Of a DNA stretch of 60,531 nucleotides, positions 54,650-60,531 are shown piece by piece. Where the stretch lies: positions 1 to 60,531 of the forward strand of contig JBCCWR010000003.1 in NCBI GenBank assembly GCA_039193385.1, written 5' to 3'. Each line of letters begins with the position of its first letter. Within the stretch, counting starts at the first letter, position 1. The stretch is from Verrucomicrobiota bacterium. GTDB taxonomy: Bacteria; Verrucomicrobiota; Verrucomicrobiia; Methylacidiphilales; JBCCWR01. The notes under the pieces are model-generated. The model made no database searches, was not told the origin of the DNA, and saw only the letters and a list, made by a program, of their open reading frames with translations. A program made the position numbers and the translations under genes.

Positions 54650-56131
54650 CTAAACACTAAACATCTTTTTATAGTGTTCATACCAGTCACTTGAAAAACG
54701 CTCTTGCGGATCATACTTTTTCTTCAACTCCAGTAACTGCTTCAATTGCGGATAAGCTCTCTCCACTTGATCTTTTCTTGCCCAACGGTGATAGGTCAGA
54801 AAATAGTTTCCATTCAATACTAAAGCTTGATCAATGAGCGCCCTGAAGTCCTCAGCTGCTTTTTCAAGGCCTTCTGGAGTATGGGCAACCTCTAAATTGA
54901 AAATAACACTGGCATAACTCTCATTTGCCCAAGGCAAGAAACTCTCATCATCTTTTTCAATGAACCTGACGGTACCGTATATAATGTTCATGCGTTTTTC
55001 ACGGGCAGCTCTTCTGGTGTTTTCCATAAAAGTCGTTAATTTGTCTCGCTGCACATACAACTCAGTAATCATGAGTGAAGCATTATGAGTGAGACCACGC
55101 GCTTCATTTAAAGTTTTATTCTGATCCTTAAGATAAGTGCTATATTGATGATGATCTGACCAATACACTTGGCCATTCGTGGATAAATAATAATCACGAT
55201 ATTGCTGATAAGCGCGTGTCTTATCCAAGTGTGCGAGAGCATAAAGCTTTTGCCAGTCTTCTAAATCAAGCCGTCTTTGCTTTGTTGAAATGGGCATATC
55301 CTTTGAGACCGGTTTGTAACAAGAGAATACACCTTTGCGCATAAAATCTTCCGACTGATCGTCCGTCATATACTGAAAATCACCATACAAGAAGCCGTCG
55401 GCAATACGTTCACTCACTGCAGGCATCAATTGATCCACTTCTATAACCTCAACCACACGCTGAACTTTAAGGCGATCCATCAAACGCAGCTTAACCGTGT
55501 CTATGATGCCAAAAAGACCATACCCACCAATAACCAGCTTAAATAACTCACTGTTCTTATGACGATGACATTCCAGCCGCTCGCCCTGCGCATTGACTAA
55601 GGTAAATGCCTCCACATCACCAATAATCGGCTTAAATATGAGACCACGACCATGTATATTGGCAGCTAAAGCACCCCCCATAGTTAATTCATCCGCCCCC
55701 GTTTGTTTTTGAATAATACTTAGTTCTGGTGCATTTGCATTAAGCCAAGCAATAAGTTTGGGCCATGTAATACCTGATTGCACCTCAACAACCTTATTTT
55801 TACGATCAAGGTTCAAAACTTTATCCATCTCCCGAATATCAACCAGCATTGTATTCGTTCCAAATTGTTGCGTTCCCATGGCATGGCGCGAACCTGAGAT
55901 GCTTATTTTGTAGCCTGCTGATTGAGATTCTTTGATGATCGCCTGTAAATCAGAAAAGGTTTTAGGTTTTGAAATTTTGTAAACCGTTGTCTTATTTAAT
56001 TGTGAGTGAACATCATTTACAATAATCCCCTGGGTGTGTTGAGGAAAAGCGTAAGCACGCATTGCCGACAAGGCCGAAGCAGACGCTATCGTTCCCGTGC
56101 TATATTTTAGAAAGTCACGCCGATCCAGCAT
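54650..56131 (-). CDS. Tat-exported FAD-binding oxidoreductase (ALO/DprE1-like)
   Basis: DRRDFLK Tat motif, GSRHAMG, TMGGALAANIHG, GGYGLFGII, KYDPQERF. Confidence 0.88.
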   Translation of the reverse strand: MLDRRDFLKYSTGTIASASALSAMRAYAFPQHTQGIIVNDVHSQLNKTTVYKISKPKTFSDLQAIIKESQSAGYKISISGSRHAMGTQQFGTNTMLVDIREMDKVLNLDRKNKVVEVQSGITWPKLIAWLNANAPELSIIQKQTGADELTMGGALAANIHGRGLIFKPIIGDVEAFTLVNAQGERLECHRHKNSELFKLVIGGYGLFGIIDTVKLRLMDRLKVQRVVEVIEVDQLMPAVSERIADGFLYGDFQYMTDDQSEDFMRKGVFSCYKPVSKDMPISTKQRRLDLEDWQKLYALAHLDKTRAYQQYRDYYLSTNGQVYWSDHHQYSTYLKDQNKTLNEARGLTHNASLMITELYVQRDKLTTFMENTRRAAREKRMNIIYGTVRFIEKDDESFLPWANESYASVIFNLEVAHTPEGLEKAAEDFRALIDQALVLNGNYFLTYHRWARKDQVERAYPQLKQLLELKKKYDPQERFSSDWYEHYKKMFSV

Positions 56132-56520
56132 AAATCTTCTCCGTATTTTCCATGAAATATTTTGTACTTAAAAACAGCAGCAAAAAGCGTAACCATCTGC
56201 ATAAAAGAGAACCGCGCATCATGATCAAAATAAGTAGAATGAAGTTTGCTATTAGCCTGTTGTACAAAAGGCCATGAACAGTAAGTATTATCGATGTTAT
56301 TCTCAACATGGTTGGCCATTCTCTTACTCTGAATGAACCATACATGAATACGCTAAGTAAAACAGCTAAACCTAATCCTGCTAAAGCGGCCAATCCAATG
56401 AATACAAAAAATAAGATGCCCGATTGCCACAGTAAACCGAAAACCCTATCGCTTAAAAAGTAGTGTGTACAAGAAAAGCCATCACGAAGCTATAGCATCA
56501 TCCATTGGCATTACATCAGG
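56107..56520 (-). pseudogene. Possible degraded membrane protein gene
   Basis: Hydrophobic frame (56115-56393 extends upstream to an in-frame TAG) overlapped by a second frame 56107-56319; fills the gap between co-oriented genes. Confidence 0.35.
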
Positions 56521-56525
56521 GCTAA

Positions 56526-56969
56526 TCATTGACGTACCCTAGCGTATCGTAAATGGTAGTGCCCCATGACAATTAAAAACGAGGCCAGCACTAAATGAAA
56601 AATTGTAGGTATTTTTACTAAAAACCAGCTGTGCGCATCAGGGTATATGATTCCTGTTAGTAATCTTCCAATCATTACCCCAAAGTAGCCCATACCAAAC
56701 AAAGCAAATAATTTTCCTTTTAAAAGCAAGGGTGAAACCTTCCCTTGAAAAAAATCGATGATTACCTTTAAGCATACAAGAAGAATAACAACCTGAAAAA
56801 TCACTAAAACCGGATACGGCAAGGTACCACTATGCCACTGATCAAAAGCAGGTAGAAAACTCGTAGGAAACAAAGACTGAACAAGCTGCGCTAGAACACG
56901 AAAAAGAAACAGTCCCCATAATACAGTCAATGCCACACCATATAGATTTTGTTTATTCTCCGTTTTCAT
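56526..56969 (-). CDS. hypothetical membrane protein (4 TM)
   Basis: Hydrophobic ORF, WHSGTLPYP motif. Confidence 0.7.
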   Translation of the reverse strand: MKTENKQNLYGVALTVLWGLFLFRVLAQLVQSLFPTSFLPAFDQWHSGTLPYPVLVIFQVVILLVCLKVIIDFFQGKVSPLLLKGKLFALFGMGYFGVMIGRLLTGIIYPDAHSWFLVKIPTIFHLVLASFLIVMGHYHLRYARVRQ

Positions 56970-57036
56970 ATAGTACCTGTAAGAAACAGAACATATAAAA
57001 CAGGATCGTATTTTGATACGAGGCCATTTTTGCTAT

Positions 57037-57059
57037 TGTATCATTTGAATCGGACCTGC
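57037..57059 (+). repeat. 23-bp direct repeat, copy 1 (TGTATCATTTGAATCGGACCTGC)
   Basis: 22/23 identical to 58440-58462. Confidence 0.85.
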
Positions 57060-57250
57060 CACTGGTCGTTGGTTGATGTTCATAGCCTTTGTCTGACTTA
57101 ATGGTCTCAAATCAAAAGTTGCTATAGCCTAGGAAAGGCCACTCATTACTTGAAATAAACCGATCTTCGGTTGATATATTCTAATGAAAACACCTTAATG
57201 CACTATTAAGCACCTTGATTTATTGGTGCAATATATTGTATATTGGTGCT

Positions 57251-58393
57251 ATGAGCCTTGCAGAGGAAATGAAACTATCCTTTCAACCAAGCATGAAGCT
57301 GGAAAAAGCCCTTAAGGCAATGCAATCGCATATCGAGCACCTGGCCCTTGAACTTCCAGATCAACAAGAGCAGGCATGGCTACATAGATGGGCTTTAATT
57401 AGCACCGTTGGAGCTTCCACCCGTATTGAAAATGCTGTTTTAACCGATGCGGAAATCGAATGGGTCGATACCACACTTTCTGAAAGTAATGGACAGACTG
57501 CCTTTGAAGAAAACAAACAGCATATCATCGATAAACTCTCTAAAGACCATGAGCGTAGTATAGAGGAAGTCGTAGGATGCAGAGAGGTCTTATCTCTTGT
57601 CTATCTACAGGCAGATCAGCTATTCCCCTTAACAGAAACTGCTATTCGCGGCCTTCATCATAAATTGCTCAATTTTTATCCAGAAGCTAAACGATATGCG
57701 GGACGCTATAAAGAAACCACTAATCAGGTTGTTTCGATCAATCATGATACCGGGCAAAAGCGTATTGTCCTTGATCCCACACCTCCAGGCCCTCAGACCG
57801 AAGCCGCCATGCAAGAGCTTGTGAACTGGTATAACCAGATTTTACCTGTTCACCCCTGGCCACTCCTGGTTGCCACAGAATTTGTTTTCCGTTTTCTGGC
57901 TATCCATCCATTTCAAGACGGTAATGGCCGCTTGGGTAGAGCTCTTTTCTTGATGAGCCTCCTACATGCAGAGGATCAAGCACTTAATAATATTGTAAGA
58001 TTAATATCCATTGACCGGCAAATAGAACGCCACCGCCCCCTTTACTATTCCGTGCTTCAGCAAACATCCAACGGTCGCTTCCGAAATAATGCTAAAGACT
58101 ATGATCTTGAACCATTAGCATGGTTTTTTCTGAAAATGTTTGATCATGCATGCAAAGATATTGCAGTTTTAAGAAATAAGTATGCGGCTCTACAAAGACT
58201 TTCTGAAAGTGCGACTAGGGTATTAGCATGTTTTCGTATGGCTCCTGAACGACGTATGAAACTTGCCGACTTGATAGCTGAAACTGGACTGGTGCGAAGA
58301 ACAGTTCAAAATGCACTTCAACCTCTTCTAGCTGCTGGCTTTATTCAGCGCAAGGGAACAGGGCCGGCAACGCGTTATCAGCTTATCTTTTAA
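57251..58393 (+). CDS. Class II Fic protein with C-terminal HTH
   Basis: HPFQDGNGRLGR Fic motif, STRIEN inhibitory motif, C-terminal wHTH. Confidence 0.93.
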   Translation: MSLAEEMKLSFQPSMKLEKALKAMQSHIEHLALELPDQQEQAWLHRWALISTVGASTRIENAVLTDAEIEWVDTTLSESNGQTAFEENKQHIIDKLSKDHERSIEEVVGCREVLSLVYLQADQLFPLTETAIRGLHHKLLNFYPEAKRYAGRYKETTNQVVSINHDTGQKRIVLDPTPPGPQTEAAMQELVNWYNQILPVHPWPLLVATEFVFRFLAIHPFQDGNGRLGRALFLMSLLHAEDQALNNIVRLISIDRQIERHRPLYYSVLQQTSNGRFRNNAKDYDLEPLAWFFLKMFDHACKDIAVLRNKYAALQRLSESATRVLACFRMAPERRMKLADLIAETGLVRRTVQNALQPLLAAGFIQRKGTGPATRYQLIF

Positions 58394-58439
58394 GATTGAA
58401 CCAATCTAACTGATGAAATGATTGCTTTGTTAACCTTTA

Positions 58440-58462
58440 TGTATCATTTGAATCTGACCTGC
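58440..58462 (+). repeat. 23-bp direct repeat, copy 2 (TGTATCATTTGAATCTGACCTGC)
   Basis: Matches 57037-57059 with one mismatch. Confidence 0.85.
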
Positions 58463-59020
58463 TCAAGATGTCAGCTCTTTAGGAAGCGTCGTACCGCGAG
58501 GTCTAAGCATCTTTACTGCTTCAAGATACGCTTCCGCTTGACTAGCTAAAGCATCATCACTGAGTTCACCGCCAACAGCAAAGGCAGGCAGGTAAAGCAT
58601 TTCACAAAATACAGCTGTCGCTTGCAGTGGCCTCAAGAGTTCACTCAATGTGAATTGACCCATACCGCCAGCTCGGTACACATCTGGATGAACCCCCAGA
58701 GTAGTAGCGACCATAAACTGCTTTCCTTTGAGCTTCCAACCTCCCTCTCCAAAAGCCCAGCCATATTCAAAGACATCATCCACATACTTTTTCAGCAAAG
58801 GAGGTGTCGAATACCAATACAGAGGAAATTGAAAAACAATGCGCTCATGTTGCGACAAGAGTGTTTGTTCCCGAGAAATATCAATCTTCCAGTCTGGGTA
58901 TTCTTGATATATGTCATGTGTTGTAATATTCGTTTCACTCTGAACTTTATCAAAAAGTGTTCGATTTAACCTTGAGCTCTCAAGGTTAGGATGGGCGAGT
59001 ATAATAAGGACTTTCATCAT
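58463..59020 (-). CDS. NAD(P)H-dependent quinone oxidoreductase (flavodoxin_2, KefF/KefG-like)
   Basis: AHP, QFPLYWYSTPPLLKKYVD, GWAFG. Confidence 0.92.
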   Translation of the reverse strand: MMKVLIILAHPNLESSRLNRTLFDKVQSETNITTHDIYQEYPDWKIDISREQTLLSQHERIVFQFPLYWYSTPPLLKKYVDDVFEYGWAFGEGGWKLKGKQFMVATTLGVHPDVYRAGGMGQFTLSELLRPLQATAVFCEMLYLPAFAVGGELSDDALASQAEAYLEAVKMLRPRGTTLPKELTS

Positions 59021-59150
59021 TCTAAAACTAAGAGAACTTTAGTTGTTACGTTTTGTAGGCACAATTAAATCTCTCTACAGCATACTCAAATAATCTTCTA
59101 AAGGCATTCTCTAAAATACTTACCTTTATCACAAAGCACTCCAACGCATT

Positions 59151-59645
59151 TTAAAATTGTAAAAGAATCATCATCAAAATGACTGAAGTCACCACCGCCA
59201 TGAAGGTCCTGAAAGTATTTGAAGGTATCCATTTTGATTCAAATGCCTGTCTCAGCCCACGCATTTCTTTTTCAGTCGCTGAGGCAAGCTCAAGACGCTG
59301 TAATTTATTATTCAAAGGAACATTGATGATAAAGGTTGGTAACTGCACCCCTAGGATATAAATACAGCAAGAGATTAGAATCCATAAAGACTGCGTCCCC
59401 TCCAGATGTCCAAAACTCATGATTGTTAAAATCAATAGAAGCACAATTGACCCTAGCCAAACCAAAACAAATAGCACTTGATTCTCTTGAATGATTTTGT
59501 CCATCGCTTTAAAAGCTTGTAGAAATGCCTTATCTTCTAAGGTCTTCATTCCAGGCATCACCACCACAGCAAAGGCAAAAACAAATCCCGCCACCAAAGA
59601 ACAAAATAAAGTTGTTACGATTAATAGAATAGATAATAAATTCAT
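59151..59645 (-). CDS. DUF1772/anthrone oxygenase-family membrane protein
   Basis: AGFVFAF..VVMPG, NVPLNN, W...NTFR. Confidence 0.85.
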   Translation of the reverse strand: MNLLSILLIVTTLFCSLVAGFVFAFAVVVMPGMKTLEDKAFLQAFKAMDKIIQENQVLFVLVWLGSIVLLLILTIMSFGHLEGTQSLWILISCCIYILGVQLPTFIINVPLNNKLQRLELASATEKEMRGLRQAFESKWIPSNTFRTFMAVVTSVILMMILLQF

Positions 59646-59688
59646 CCTTTTTCTTTCTCATCTCATTATAAGCATCAAGACAACCATG

Positions 59689-59716
59689 CCCTTTACCCTT
59701 TACCCTTTACCCTTTG
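59689..59716. repeat. Heptamer tandem repeat (CCCTTTA x3 + CCCTTTG)
   Basis: Read directly, upstream of the DUF1772 gene. Confidence 0.7.
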
Positions 59717-60099
59717 CTCGATGCCTCTGCCAGAGCAAGATCTCGAGCATACGTAATGAACACACTACAGTCACACCCTCTAAACGGAGCTCCCAACCAC
59801 TTTCATGATTCCAATTAAAAGAGAGAGCAACTGATCCCGAGCTCACTCTTGAAATGATAACCTATTTGTCAAAGGCCATTCGACGTATAAATCAAAACCC
59901 CACAAAGTCTTAGAAGATTGCAAAGAGACTGGATCTTGAATCTTTCAAATGCATACTGAAAAGACAATTAGACGAAGAACACCTTCCTTATTACGAAATG
60001 CAAAGAAGTTGTATTTATGGCCTCTGTCTCCTCGTCTAAGCTAAATAGCTTTCAGTCTTTGATTAAAATTTCGACAACTTGAAGTGGCTTTATAAAAGG

Positions 60100-60297
60100 T
60101 TATTTCGCCTTACGTAGTTTCATTGCTTCAGCACTCAGTGCTCTGACAGATTTATCTTCAAATAAATTATTCTGCCACTGAGTATAATCAAAAGGTTCTC
60201 TAAGCAAGAGACTGATAAATCTTTCAGCTTCCACCTCTCCCAAATTTTTTGTCAAAACTTGAATACCTTTAACACGAATTTCTGTATCAGTCGTCAT
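60100..60297 (-). CDS. Small putative antitoxin partner of PIN toxin
   Basis: 65 aa, ATGA-type overlap with the PIN gene; 'LGEVEAERFI...DYTQW'. Confidence 0.7.
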   Translation of the reverse strand: MTTDTEIRVKGIQVLTKNLGEVEAERFISLLLREPFDYTQWQNNLFEDKSVRALSAEAMKLRKAK

Positions 60298-60531
60298 TGT
60301 AAGTTCTCCTTGATAAAATCAATAGGATCAACAATCTTTATATCGTCAATTTCACTGCTTTTGCTCAATATTTGCTTATCAGTCGTCAAAAAATGGTTTG
60401 CATTTGCATATACTGAGCAAGCGATATGCAGACTGTCTTTACTCCTAAGTCCCAAATCGGATAGTTTTTCAGCATGAACCAATAATTCTTCGTTTTCTTC
60501 AATATCTACAATTGTCTGTTCTTTCCAAAGT
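60294..60531 (-). CDS. PIN-domain (VapC-like) toxin, 5' end off window
   Basis: DSLHIACS...FLTTD; frame stays open to the window end. Confidence 0.8.
   Translation of the reverse strand, partial: LWKEQTIVDIEENEELLVHAEKLSDLGLRSKDSLHIACSVYANANHFLTTDKQILSKSSEIDDIKIVDPIDFIKENLQ

Noticed and set aside
59855..60040. Interrupted plus-strand reading frame (MITYLSK...*KIAKRL...)
   Set aside because: Too short and no recognisable family to call a pseudogene

Overview
Bacterial chromosomal window. Gene content and order suggest a PVC/Verrucomicrobia-like organism, but this is inference only. Housekeeping backbone: MoxR-DUF58-transglutaminase triad, pfk, ligA, ddl, accA, gmhA-ffh-rpsP-khpA-trmD-rplS, an LptF/G-type permease and an RlmD-like methylase. 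Four accessory blocks: (1) a mannosylfructose/sucrose-type osmolyte operon with a GT4 synthase, a HAD phosphatase fused to a GH100-like invertase, and a fructokinase; (2) a defence island next to tRNA-fMet, where a Type I RM operon (HTH-hsdR-hsdM-hsdS) continues into an ABC ATPase plus HNH nuclease pair resembling Septu PtuAB; (3) a complete guanidine carboxylase pathway (ABC importer, CgdAB, carboxylase, AtzF) with no riboswitch that I can see. It contains a NikR-like repressor with a degenerate nickel site, and a perfect NikR operator (GTATGA-N16-TCATAC) lies upstream; (4) a variable region after tRNA-Asn with a Tat FAD oxidase, a Fic gene flanked by 23-bp direct repeats, and a PIN toxin pair. 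The two strongest novelty candidates are the NikR-like putative guanidine/nitrogen regulator and the RM-coupled ATPase-HNH module.
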